From assembly GCA_964106915.2 (NCBI GenBank), contig OZ066914.1: a stretch of 64,000 nucleotides of DNA. One strand, 5' to 3'. This document shows, in pieces, positions 50,541 to 63,309 of this stretch. The notes under the pieces are model-generated. The model was not told the origin of the DNA and ran no database searches. It saw only the letters and a list, made by a program, of their open reading frames with translations. Origin of the DNA: Podarcis gaigeae (Eukaryota). Both the position numbers and the translations under genes were made by a program. Within the stretch, counting starts at the first letter, position 1, and each line of letters starts with the position of its first letter.

Positions 50541-52824
50541 CTGATGGAAATAAATATGATTACAGCTTGTACCAGCATTTCCATAATGAAATAATAGAGA
50601 GATATCTCCAAACCCATTTGATGAATAAAGCTCTAATGCAGCTTCTCCCTGCCTGGCGCTCTCCAGACCTTCTGAACTACAACTTCCACAATCTCTTACT
50701 GTTGGCCTTGATGACTGGGGCAATGAGAGTTCAACTATGATTCTCAATCCCCCCCCCCTTCCTATTCTGGATAGTGTGGCTTTTAAATGCAAATTCTAGT
50801 GAGCTATTAAAGGATTCTAAGGTAGAGGCCAAGTGGCTGGTGATGAAATCCTGAGATTTGTCATACTGATAGCCCAATTCTGTGCATATTTACCTGAAAG
50901 TGATTCCCCAGTGAGTTTACTGAGATTTCTTCTCAAGTAAGTAGGCACAAAATTTCTGCTTAAATTTTTTTCTTAACTAAGTGTTCAGATATGCACATGA
51001 GGAAAGTATTGGTGTCACACTACCTACCGCTTTCTGCAGAAATAAAATGTCAAAAGTGTTCTGTCAGAATTGGCACCAAATACAACTTGTCAAAATAACC
51101 AAAATGGTGGCAACTTTACTCATGTAATGAGGCTTTTCTCATGTGGAGCATACGGTAACTTGAATATGATACCAGCCTCTTCCAGGTAAAACTAGTCACA
51201 TTGAAAGTTAATTGCTTTCCCTTTGCTTTGTGAAAGGGCATCACATACACTGCAAGCAACGTGAGAGGGATTAAATCCTTTCACTGTGTTTGGCTCAAAC
51301 AAAATGTGATTATGTTTTATGGAATATCTTGTTTCTGAACTTGCATACAAAGAGATTTGCACTGAATATATCTAGGCATAACAAACAGCAGCATCTATAA
51401 CAGCATGGTCTTGGTCTGGATTACATGTAACATGAAGCCATCATATGTTGAATCAGAGTTGTTTGTTTGAATATTCAAAGCTGTAGTCAAACAGATTAAG
51501 CATCGTTTAATGGCACACCATGGTTTGTTGTTGGCTTTTCAGTCATAGCTTATTTTAACAAAGGTTTGTCATTTTGTCCAAACCCAGCAGCCTTGCTGCT
51601 TTACCTTGGTTCATTTGGCCATCCTGCCTGAGACAATTGCCAAGTTACAGAGGCAGAAGGCTAGAAACAAAACATACTTTGGGAAAATAAACTGTGGCTT
51701 GCTTACTTGTCTATAAGATGATATGTTGTGGTTTGTTAACCTAGCCATGGTTTAAACAAACTATGGTTTAACTGTGTGTGTAATTATAGCCGTTCTGTGT
51801 TGCTACACTGAAGTAGCAGTTCATTAAACCTGGTGTGAGAGGAAAGGATATCAGCATTTGAGGGTTTCCCACAGGCATCTGGGTGGCCACTGTGAGAAGA
51901 GGATGCTGGACTAGATGGGCCATTGACCTGATCCAGTAGGTTCTCCTTGTCTTAGCCTCTTTTATCATTTCTGAAATCTCATTATGGGCTAGCCATGATG
52001 CAGGAATTACTTCCAGATATTCCCACACCAATGCTTGCCCCTTTGCAGTAAAAACATAGATTCTGTTCAACACAAGGGCTATTGCAACATACAAGAAGAG
52101 AGGAGGTTTCCTTCCTTCCTACTAGGATTCACCAACATTTGTAGTTTATGTGAGACTGAGGTACCAGTCATATGCAGTTTTTTATGTAAGAATTTCTACA
52201 GTTTGAAACATACAGCTTTCTACAGTTCCCCCAGAAAGTCCCTCTTTTCTGTGTTGTTGTTTTTTTGCAAAAAATATAAAAGATAATGAGATGCAGAAAA
52301 GTTATAAAAAATTACTTAGTGCAAGACTTAGCCTGCCTTTAAAAGCAATACAAAACTAGCTCCGTGTATCTTGGATGATTCAAAATGTGAATAATTTTGA
52401 TCTTTTACAGCTCCCGCCATAAATAGAATACAGAATATGAAATGAATACCATAGTTTATTTTAAGAACCACTTTGGTTATCATTTGCATAACTTGTGTCA
52501 AAGAAATTTACCTAAGAATTCTTTAATTCTATTTAACTGGGCAATATCCAAAGTTAGTCATACTCAGAGATGACTCATCGAAATCAATTGATGTAAGTAA
52601 TTAAGTCCATAAATTTCAGAGGTTCTACCCTGATTTCGTTGGCTATTCCCCATAGTTTGTAGATTGCACAGAGTGTGAAACCCAATTAATATTAGGTTAA
52701 GGCAAAGCAAGAGATAATCACCTATTTCTCAGAACAGATAAATTTGATTGTAAATTGCACAAAGTGATAAAAGCCAGTGTTCAACAGCACATTTAACTCT
52801 TCCATTGAATTTAAAGGGGCTTTG

Positions 52825-52890
52825 TATTGTTTTTAACACTCGATTGGAAGCCGCCCAAAGTGGCTGGGGAGACTCAGCCAGATAGGCGGG

Positions 52891-52934
<44 letters not shown>
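52825..52934 (+). mobile_element. 3' tip of the same L2 family with an (ATT)n tail
   Basis: cagccagataggcggggtat matches the 3' end of the 38480 element. Confidence 0.7.
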
Positions 52935-52936
<2 letters not shown>

Positions 52937-53587
52937 ACAATCTAACATTCTTAGGCATTTCCAAAATGATAAAATTACTACATGGATATGCTGGACCTGT
53001 CCCAGTTGGGAGTGATGCAGTTTAGAACTTCTAAGCACAAAGGGATGTATTTAAATGTCCCACTATCATGGGTGTACCACATGGGTGTACACCCATGCTC
53101 ACACGTAATATATTTGTGTGCTGCGCAAACACCTATGCAATGCAAACATAGTTCTAGATTAGATACCTGCCTCGCATGAGGGTGTTTGCTTGCTCTTTGA
53201 CTGATGGAAATTAGCATAATCTCAAGATAAACAAAACTTTATCCACTGTACACTATCTAAGAATCAAGCCTTAACACCCTACATGTTCCCAAAGATAACA
53301 AATTAATAGCTTGAGGAGCTCAGTTTTCATTTTCAGAGCAAAGAGGAACAGGTGCAACTTAGAGGGGCGTGCAATCAATCACTTTGTGAGCTAAAGCAGA
53401 AAACCTTTAGCTTCAGTATTGCCTCATCTTCAGTATTGCCTACTAAGAGGCTGGGATGCAAAACCATGTAGGAATTTAAAGCAGAGACCAAGAAAATGGG
53501 AAAGACAGAAATAATTATGGCTTGGCAACTGGCATTGCAAGCGTATCTGGCTAGCGCTGGAGTCCAAATGAAGTTAGAAACACCTAC

Positions 53588-53713
53588 GGTCATCATGTGT
53601 CGGCTGCACAGATGGATAGTCGTAATTTGACTGCTGCTGCTGTTGATCATACTGCTGGTCTTCATACTGGGATTGCTGGTCTTCATACTGGGATTGCTCA
53701 ACCTGGGTGTTGA
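53588..53713 (-). CDS. MUC5AC: Mucin exon 2 (Gln/Tyr/acidic N-terminal segment)
   Basis: ttgccacag|...|gtaggt; 126 nt, phase 1-1; VNTQVEQSQYEDQQSQYEDQQYDQQQQQSNYDYPSVQPTHDD, open and in frame with exons 1 and 3. Confidence 0.72.
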
Positions 53714-54164
53714 CTGTGGCAACAGTTAAAACAGTGAGAAAGGGTCTGCAACAATTCTGCTAACTAGCAAAAGGCAAAGGCACAGGATTTGACCAAACTT
53801 TAATTCATTTCTTCATTAAAAATATTTTTGCCTGGCCCATCAACTTAACAGCTAACAAGCAAAACTACATACAAAACATCATAGGTGGGGGAACTGGCAT
53901 CAGCTCAAAATACAATTTTCAAATCATCAACCAGTCTCCTAAAGCCATTCCCTTCCTCTTTCAAAAGCCCAGCTAAACAAAGTTGCTTTTTGCATGCTAT
54001 CTGAAACCAAGAATGGAAGAGACTATGTGAAATTCTCAGGAAAGGGCACTCTGAAGTCTAAGCATCAGTATTTTAAAAGACCTGTCCTATGCTTCAGACC
54101 ATGGAGGCATATTGTGCATGGTTGTCTTAGCACACAGGCAGGCTCACTTACAAGTAGGCAGACC

Positions 54165-54890
54165 CACAAATTTGATCTCATGCTAGAAAAATGAATTTCA
54201 ATACAGACAAATGTCAGGTTCTACACTTAGGCAGGAAGAACCAGCTGCACAAATTTAAGATGGGGGACACCTAGCTTGCCAGTAGTACAGGTGAAAAGGA
54301 TCTAGGGGTCTTAGTAGACCACAAGCTTAGCATGAGTCAACAGTGTGATGCAGCAGTAAAACAAAGAAAAGAAAAAGACCAATGCTATTCTAGGTTGCAT
54401 CAACACAAGTATAGTGTCCTGAACAAGAGAAGTAATTGTACTGTTCTGTTCCACCTTGGTCAGACCACACCTGGAGTCTTGTGTCCAGTTCTGGGCATCA
54501 CAATTTAAGAAAGATATTGACAACCTGAAAGCTATGCAGAGGAGGGCAACCAAGATTAGCAAGGGCCTGGAAACAAAGCCTGATGAGAAATGGTTGAGGA
54601 AATTGGGTATGTTTAGCTTGGGAATGAGCAGGCTGAGAGGAAGGATAATAGCCTTCTTCAAGTATCTAAAGGGCTGTCACATGGAAGATGGACCAAGCTT
54701 GTTTTCGCCTGCTCTGGAAAGTAGGACCTGAACCAATGGCTTCAAGTTACAAGAAAGGAGATTCTGGCTAAACATCAGTAAGAACTTTCTGATAGTAAGA
54801 GCTATTCAACAGAGGAACAGACTCCCTCATAAAGTTGTGGATTCTTCTTCATGGGAGGTTTTTAGGCAGAGTCTATGATTCTACGATTAT
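54165..54890 (+). mobile_element. CR1 LINE 3' fragment
   Basis: VRPHLESCVQFW...LGMFSL...FKYLKG; ends tctatgattctacgatt. Confidence 0.9.
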
Positions 54891-57420
54891 CTGTGGCTTT
54901 CCCATTTGTAAAGCATCAGATGCTTTCACTTGTTAGAGAGTTCACTCCACTGGACAAAGCATGTGCTTTACCACTGAGCTCTGACCCTTCCCAGCAGAAG
55001 CAGAGTATCAAGGCAGCAGACCTTTCCCCCTCTCCCCCTCACACCACACAACTGATACTCTATTCAGATTTGTACTGCATGAACATGGAGGTTCCACTTA
55101 ATTATTATGGTTAACAACCTGCCCTCCCTGACTGGTTTTCTGCTCTTCTTTCAAAGTCACCTAAGAGATGCCTTCATCTTGCAGCATCAAATTCCATAAA
55201 TGTGTGTAAAGTGATGAAGGACTTTCTCTTATCTATCCTGAATCAAGTGCTAATCAGTTTCGTTGGGTAACTCCCTGTTCTGGCATGAGAGAGGGAGAAA
55301 ATACCTCTCTGTGTCCACTTTCTCAACACAATCCTTGCTTTTGTCAATCTCTAGAATTCACCCCTTAGTTACCTTTCTTTTCTGAAGAAAAAAGCCCCCT
55401 TCTTTTCTGAGCTCACGTTTCCTGAGTGGGAAACTGCTCCAACCCATTAATCCCTTGAACTGACCTTGCCCAGTTATTGAGATAAGGTGGCCAGAACTGT
55501 GCAGAATTCACGTTCACCCACACTTCCCCTTGTCCCATGCCTAGAAAGCATGAGTCTCAGGAGTTTTCCACTTGCCAGACTGCTTTCCCTAGGAAAACCT
55601 GCCCTTTTCCACTGAAACAGCAATCATCAATTCATGGAAAATCCAGTTGACATTTGCTGTGATTCAGTTGTAAGGAGCGAGTTTCCCCGGAGGAAAGTGG
55701 TGGGACAAGATAAGTGTGGATAGGTCCTTCCAAATGCAAGTACACCACAGACTTATATAAAGACACTGGTGTGGATCAAGAGACTTAGTGGAGCAGACCC
55801 ACTGAATGTGGCTTATATTGTTCCAGAGGAACTTTACCTCATTGATTTGAAAGAATAAAGCATGATTAACTTAGTCTGGATCTAACCCATTATGACACAT
55901 TGCCTATTCTATTTGCAATCCCTTTCATAACAAAACCCTAAGGGAGATTTTGCCCTTCAACTGCTGCAGCATCCCAAGTTGACATTTTAACTGAGCTTTG
56001 CATCTATCGCCACCCTAAGCCAGGTGATAATTTTGATAGGAGTTGGATTGGTCATTAGACCTTTGAAAATCCTGTCAATTGACTGAACACCAAAACCTAT
56101 TTGCACAATTTTTTGCCACAGTGTAGCTTCTTGTTGTTGGTATGCAAAATCATACCAAAACATGAACCAGTTGAATCAGTCTTGGGCAGCTTCCTCTTCT
56201 AGACCACCCACCTTTAACCCCCCCCCCCCAAAAAACCCCCCAACAAACTTTCCCTTACTTGCATACAAATCATGTGCAATTCTCCCTGAAACAGCTGTCC
56301 TGAATTCTATGCTATTTCTTCAGTATAAATGGGTAGGAGATCTTAAATAAGGCAGATTTGTAATGATAGTGATGTAGTTCATTCCATGTAGCCTACAACA
56401 GCTGTCCTGTGGTGAAGTATTCACTGTATTTACTGATGCCCACATAGAAGATTGTAGCTGTAAGTGGAAACCATCCTGTTTCAATACACATTTGCAATTG
56501 AAGGGGAAGAGAGAGAAGTCATTAACTCAAGAACACTCTCTGTGGATGCACTGCTGAGGAAATAACTGGCTCTGGGCTTGGCTGGTTTAGTTTTCAAATA
56601 GCTATGTATTGTGCTATTTTCAGAACCTAGAGTTTGCATCCATTTTTGCTCTAGGCTCAGAAAGAAAATGTGAATGGAACTGGTTGACTCTTGAAATTGT
56701 TCTCTATCGAAGATGCTGATAGAAGGAAAGAAGCTTTCAAACCTGTGTTTCCCTTAAAAGTATTGTCTCGTTTTCGCAGAGCATTTTAGTTCCATGGATC
56801 ACAATGGTATGTCCCTTATTTCAGAATACTTTGATTCCATGGAAGGCTACTGAAAAATACTCCACCGGCACAAAGTCCTATTCTAGTACCCCTTTCTGTA
56901 TGGCTGCACTCAAATATAACTGGATTTAAACTGGAACTCAGTTCATCAAAGTCAGCAAGAGTTTTGCTACTGACTTGCTTAATGATGCAGTGATATGGTT
57001 TTACAAATAATATATACAATTCTCTCTTTGCCTTATTAACCTGCCAGGTTTGCTCCTTTCGACAATCACATTTTACAAACCTCATTCGTACTAGTAAAAA
57101 TCAATCAATCAGTGTCTGAGCATAAAAGATGAAACCAATTTTTAATGGCTTTTATACTGAGGCTGATCTACTTACTGATCATGGCCTATTGATCTACCAA
57201 ACGACTGCCTCGGGGCACTGGGGCAGTGAATTTTATATCCCTGAAACCTGAGCATATTGTCTTTAGAATGGTGATAGGAAAATACAGGGCAAATATGTTT
57301 AAAGTCCTGATTAGATTTAATGAGGCAAAGCAAACAAAATCACTGTAAAGTCCTTCGGACCATGGAGAAAGCAGGCACTAGCTGTTGCCCAGGGAATGAA
57401 GTTCTGTTAAAATTTCCTAC

Positions 57421-57493
57421 CTTTTTGGCATGTTAAGGCGATCACTAGCATTGGTATCCATAGTGGTATCCTTGCCCCCCTGCCTGTCCCCAT
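57421..57493 (-). CDS. MUC5AC: Mucin exon 1 (signal peptide)
   Basis: gccaagATG MGTGRGARIPLWIPMLVIALTCQK, G|gtagga donor; 73 nt, phase 1; downstream of TATA. Confidence 0.85.
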
Positions 57494-57562
57494 CTTGGCT
57501 GGGATTCGGCAACAGGTACCGAACGACAGGCTTCTGAGGAGGCACCTGTCTTTTGATGACTC

Positions 57563-57569
57563 TTATATA
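57563..57569 (-). promoter_or_regulatory. TATA box of the mucin gene
   Basis: Minus-strand CTATATAAGA about 70 nt upstream of the ATG, implying a short (~45 nt) 5'UTR. Confidence 0.75.
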
Positions 57570-58153
57570 GCAGGAGTGTGGACTTTGGCTCAGTTCCCAG
57601 ATTGTTTCACAAGTTTCCTAAGAGGTGGGGCTTCAGAGATTTTTAGCAGGTGCATAGGTAAATAGATGATGCTTTTTTTTTACTCTGTCAGGGGCTGGCC
57701 AAGTGTATTTGCATCTGGGGAGGAGTATTAATTTTAAGGGACTTTTTTTTTCCTGTGAAGGAACTCAGGAGGAACAAGCAGTGGAGAACATCCTTCCCTT
57801 GAGGCTAATTTTCATTAAAACATTTTTGGAAGACCTGTAAAACAAATGTAATTTTGGAATCCTTAGAGGAAAGTGGTTGACTTACAATGTGTGTGTGTGA
57901 AAAAATTGTTCTAGGACATATCTCATGATTGCGGCTCGCATAATTTCAGAAGAGGTTTTGTGTTGACTGCTGTGTTTGCTGGGAATGGCGTGATAACTCA
58001 AAATTACATGAAGATTAGCAGCCCGAAACTTATTTATTTATTTGCACAATTTTTGGACTACCCTTTCCATCTAGTCAGGAGTGAGTGCTAAAACTAACAT
58101 TCATTGAAATAGATCATATTAAATAAAAATAAAAACAGAATAAAAATCAAAGC

Positions 58154-58394
58154 CAGGGCTGGCCCAGGACATTTTGCCGCTCCAGCCCAAACTGAAAATG
58201 CTGAATCCACCTCTTACTCCACAGCCACCATTATTCCAAGGGAATAAAAGGAGCCAGAGAAAAGCAGGTGGTAGGTGGGTGGACAGTGGGTGAGTGGTGG
58301 TGGATGCATGGTGGCAGCACCCATCCCAGCTGTCTGGAACCTGCCACCCTGAGGTGATGGCCTCAACACACCTCATAGCCCTGATTTAGCCCTG
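58154..58394. mobile_element. hAT-type MITE upstream of the promoter
   Basis: cagggct / agccctg termini; flanks atcaaagc / atcaaact (6 of 8 match). Confidence 0.55.
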
Positions 58395-60559
58395 ATCAAA
58401 CTGCTTCATAGCAATAGCCAGACAACATAGGCCATACTGAAAACCAGTAGAGATTAATGAATGGCATTGTCTTTTTAAAAGAAGTATTGAGTTTATGGTA
58501 AAACATTATTTGGGAAAATGCCCATTTCAAGCTCCACAAGTTGAAGGGTAACTGTCTGCAGTAGGGAGCCCCCTGGACTCATGATTTAGATGTAGAACCC
58601 TCATTATATGCACCTCAATTGCGTATCTCAAGTATATGGGTGGGTACACATTTAGGAAGGCCTTTGCAAATGGAAGATGTGACAACTCCTCAGTCCTTCA
58701 TGTTTAAACATTCACATTCCCTCAGTTTGTGTGTTATTCTGCCCAGTAACCCCTGGCAGATCAGATCTTTGCTATTGCCGAACAGGTAGTATAACTTCCC
58801 ATAAATATTTAGATATACTGTATATCTATCCATATGGTATACATAGAAATGAAAAGGGTCTCACTCACCATTTTTTCCACATAAAAGTTTATGAGCCTGT
58901 TTCCCACGTTGCACAGCAGAAATATTTTACCAGCTCTGTAGCTTTACAGGAATTTATTTTAAGAAGGTACCATTGTATTCAGAACAATGTAAATGCTAGA
59001 CAGTAAGCATTTTTGTAAGCAGGCCAGTGGTTTTATTTAAAGAACTATTACCTCTACCTGCTAGGCTCTTCGATACATGGCATCTCTTGTTGAACAAAAA
59101 TGAGCGCTTAATTCAACAGATCTAGCCCTGTAAGTCATGTTCTTGCTGAAGGGGATTTGTTTAGGCTTGGCAAATTTGTTTGAGCTGGGAGAGGGTGGTG
59201 AGACCTTTACAAGGTGACAGAGAATGTAATGTTTCCCTTGTACATCAATCGGCAGTATAATAAATTTGCACTGTACATAAGAATAGCTCAGCAGAGACCA
59301 TCAATCACCTTTTGCTTCATGAATCAAAATTCTGGGAAAAACCTATTGGCTGGATTAGGGTTACAAGAGACAGAAAGAATGAAGCCCAAACAAATGTGGA
59401 CCATGTCACAAATTACTCAATAAATTGGATTGTCAACTAGACTCCAAATTACTGGAAGGAAGGGCAACTAAAGTGTGGCTTTGTTGCTGGTAAATGCCTG
59501 CCCCTCCATCTATTATGTTATATAATCTGCTTCTACGGTTTCCGTGGCCCATAACAACCCAAAGAATGCCACACATAGGGATGGGATCGGGCATTCTCTG
59601 CACAGTGGCATAAGAACCTTTGAGCATGAAGAGTCGGGTTCTGCTGGCAGTATTCCATAATCTTTGGTGGATTCAGCCCGCAGCCCATGGAGGAAACTTG
59701 CATTGACAAGTTAATTGGTAATTAAATCAACGGCAACTTTAGACTGGCTAAATGTAAGCCATTCTTAAAACAGATGCACAAAAATAACTCAGGTGGAAGA
59801 TGTTTCCATAGTGCTTGCAAATGATTCCGATAATGACTTCTCTCTCACTTCCTGCTTCCCCATACTTTTTACTTCAACTCAACACATCTCTGACCTCCTC
59901 AGTTGCTGAAATGCATTCAGGAAACCAGTTGACTGAAGGATTTTAAATATAGCAGGCTGCTCAAGGCATCTCCCATTAATGTTTGTGAGGGAGGAATAAA
60001 TGTCAAGGTTGGCAATGGGGAAGACGCTACAAGAAACAAAAGCACTCAATAGTGCTGAGCATTTTGGTCAGCAGAAAGCACTGTGGCTCTGAGCAAGACA
60101 AACCAAGCAGCCATTGTTCGTTTTATGGCCATTGTTGTTGTTTGCTAAAAAGAAATAATATGAATAAGCCAAGCACAACATGAACAAGAATCCAAAAACA
60201 ACCAGAAAGTATCATCCACATATACGCTGTCTATTGAAGTTAGACAGGCCTCAACATTATACACATTTCATCAGATGCTAAAAACTCCTGTCTCTGTTCC
60301 CTAGAAGAATGGGTTGACTCACAGATTTCTTTGGGGGAACTGTGTTTAATTTGCATTATTTGTTCTGTTTGTATTGTTTTATACTGATACCATATTTGCT
60401 CAAGTTTCGTGGTCTAAACCACTAAAAAACGACAAGTCCAGTCCTTAGGAGTTTGCATAGACCTGAGGCCAACGGATACAAGCCAGTGGTTTCACACACT
60501 GAACGGAAATATTAGCAGAGCATCAGCTGATATAATTTATCATTTCTACATGAGTGCCC

Positions 60560-60750
60560 CAGCAGCTCAGTAGTTCAGTGGTAGAGCATCTGCTGTGCAT
60601 GCAGAAGTTCCCTCTTAGGTTCAGTCCCCAACACCTCCAATTAAGACTGGGAGAGACCCCCATCTGAAACCCTGAGTTGCTGGTCAGTGCTGGTAACACT
60701 GAGCTAGATAGAATATGGTCTGACTTGGTATAAGGCAGCTTCTTGTGTTT
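60560..60750 (+). mobile_element. tRNA-derived SINE (same family as 47433)
   Basis: tagttcagtggtagagca...ggttcagtcccc...ctgaaaccctg...gtataaggcagcttc. Confidence 0.7.
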
Positions 60751-63252
60751 CTGTGCGCAACCATTCTGGATTGTAATCATTATGTACATCCTCTTGGAAC
60801 AACAGTAAAGTTTAGAAATGCTAACTGATACATCATTATATCTCCTCCAATTCTTCATGACTTGGATCATATACAAACTGAAATTCAACCTTAAGATTTT
60901 TCTTCTTGCCTTTGCAAAGCAAGATGCACCTTGTACCTGGGATAATTTATATGAGTTGTGTATTCAATGAAATAGAATTATATTGTTCAAAGAAATAATT
61001 AAGGAGAAGCTGTAATTAATGTAGCCTTTATTACTTTCAAAGCAACTCGCAAATCCAGCAACCAACTCATTTGAGAACCAAACAGCATCTACAAAGTAAA
61101 ACGCAAAGTAGGGTGAGATTGAAATCAATGGGGCTTAACCCCATATAAGTAGGATTAGGACTGCATCCTTACTCAGTGCTAGGCCAACACTGCATTTACA
61201 TAGGAATCTGCCTTATAATGAGTCCAACAAGTGCAGAGACAATGATCTGCCCACCTCGCTCTTGTCTGAATCAGCCCATCTAGGTGTGTTGTTTACAATG
61301 ACTGGCAATGGCTTTCCTGGGTTTCAGGCAAGGGCCCGAGTTTTGATCATATGGATTTGCTGCTGGGATTCAATGTAACATCGTCAACCTATGACTTTCT
61401 TTAATATTTCACATGTGTCCATATCACAGGAAATCTGATTATCAGAAATCTGCAGAATGAGTGACTGTTTATAGGTGTAGATTGTCATTGTCATGGGAGA
61501 GGGATTCTGAGGAATGAAAGAAAGAGGAAGAAATGTGATTGTTCAACCACTTTGCAATGTCTTAATTATGCAATGAAAGCATATAGTTCTTAGTAGCTAA
61601 ATAAACTGGCAGAGAAATAATATTTTAATATTGGACAGTAAAAATACTGAAATAACTGGTCTCTATTTGCCATAGGATGGGCATCCTTTTTTTTTTAACT
61701 TTCATACCCCTTTTCCTGGCCATATAGCTTAACATTATCCACTGTGTGATTCAGCACAATTGTGCCATAAGCTTCTCCTACAAAGGCAAATGCTACTGAC
61801 ATGTTTCATGGTAAGGATCCACTTGGTTGAATCCTAAAATCCATGAGGAAAGCACCTCCATCAATTCCTGTTCTTCACTCCCAACAATCTCTTGAGACCC
61901 CCTCCAAAAATCTGTTCTGGAAGGTGTGGGAGACTTTTTGGAACATCATGGCAGATGAAGCGAGAAGAATTGGCAACAACAACAAAAAATCTATCCAATT
62001 TCCTTAGTGGTTGGCTCTGATGGATTACAGTCACCTCTATGAACAGAAGGGCTCCTTCAATTTGTGGGGAAACTATGGTGGATCTAAGCCACTATATCAG
62101 TGATAAGGAACTTACAGCCCTGCAGTTGCTGCTAGACTGCAACTCCCATCATGTCTGCCCCTTGCCCAGTCTGACTGGCTGAGGTTGATAGGAGTCAAGA
62201 TGTTGATAGTTCAACAAAGACGTGGATAGGCACCACTTCCTCCCCTCCCCCTTGTAGTAAATGGTGCCCCTGTGTTATCTGTCAGAGCTTAACTATATAA
62301 TTCAGGCTCTTTCCAGGTGCTAATTGTTTTAATTAACTGGGGGTTATAGAGCTTAATTGGTTTCATCAACAAGGTTCTTAGAGCTTAATTGGTTTCATTA
62401 ACAAGATTTTATAGAGTTCTGTGACAGGGCTCTTACACAGTTTTGCTGCAAGATTTCTTCCAGACCAAAAGAAGAGTTGAAGGAAGGTGTCTAGAGGTGA
62501 GGTTGTCATTAAGGGAACAGTGCATAGTTACCACCTGAGGTTTCTGACCTAAGTCCCCCAGTTCCTTTCCTTCTTGGACTTATCCCTATCCTTTAACTTT
62601 GTCTGTGGTTCATCCCCTCAGATCCTATGAAGTTACTATTGCAGGTTGTTCCCCCATGGTTTACATTTGCTTTCCAGTAGATAAAGCCTTATCCTTTGAT
62701 TCTTGGTAGATCTTTTTCTGAAGTGGAGGGGTAAAGAAAGTTCAAGTTTTTAAAAGCAGAGCTGAAGAATTCAAGAAAAGAGAGCTTGAAAGGAGGGGGG
62801 GCATATTTGCAATGCGCTTATAAAGATTTACTCTTTATAAAGGGATTTAGATTTTACAGTAATAATGCTCAGAGAACTGCCACTTTTGTGCTTCTGAAGG
62901 GAAAGCAATGAGACTGGATCAGACTCAAGGACTGAAGTAGACTGCTCTTAGGTTTAGTTAATTCCTCTCATTATCTTGAGAAGCAAAGAAAGGACAAGTT
63001 CTGGACAATCACATCCACCCTCCCCCCCCAAATCTTCTCTGGGATATGGATTGTATAATTTTTTTCTACTTTTCCAGAGATGCTCAATGCATTAGGCTTC
63101 TATGCAAAGTTCATGAATAGAAATGGTTTAAGAGTTGCAAGTCTGAGACTTTGGTCTGGATTGAGGATCATGAAGAGGAAGTGTAAGATTTCCCTAAAGC
63201 TAAAAGTAGGCATTGCACATTTTTAAAAAGATTTAAAAGAGAATATTCTGAT

Positions 63253-63254
63253 TT

Positions 63255-63308
<54 letters not shown>
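63253..63308 (+). repeat. (TTTC)n microsatellite
   Basis: Seen directly. Confidence 0.95.

Positions 63309-63309
<1 letters not shown>

Larger units (their letters stand above)
1..57493 (-). other. MUC5AC: Multi-exon gel-forming mucin gene, MUC5AC-like (exons 1-47 complete, exon 48 partial; 3' end off-window)
   Basis: Continuous frame across 48 GT-AG-bounded exons. Domain order SP-VWD1-VWD2-D'-VWD3-CysD/PTS-VWD4-VWC. The large exon is number 31, as in the 49-exon human MUC5AC/MUC5B genes. GDPH in D4 and CysD motifs (QLPPICYNYEIRI; WFDVDYP..GP.GGD.ETYN) favour MUC5AC over MUC5B. Confidence 0.85.

Noticed and set aside
53375-53722. ORF-track peptide MPQSTPRLSNPSMKTSNPSMKT...
   Set aside because: Wrong frame; splice phase with exons 1 and 3 selects the QYEDQ frame.
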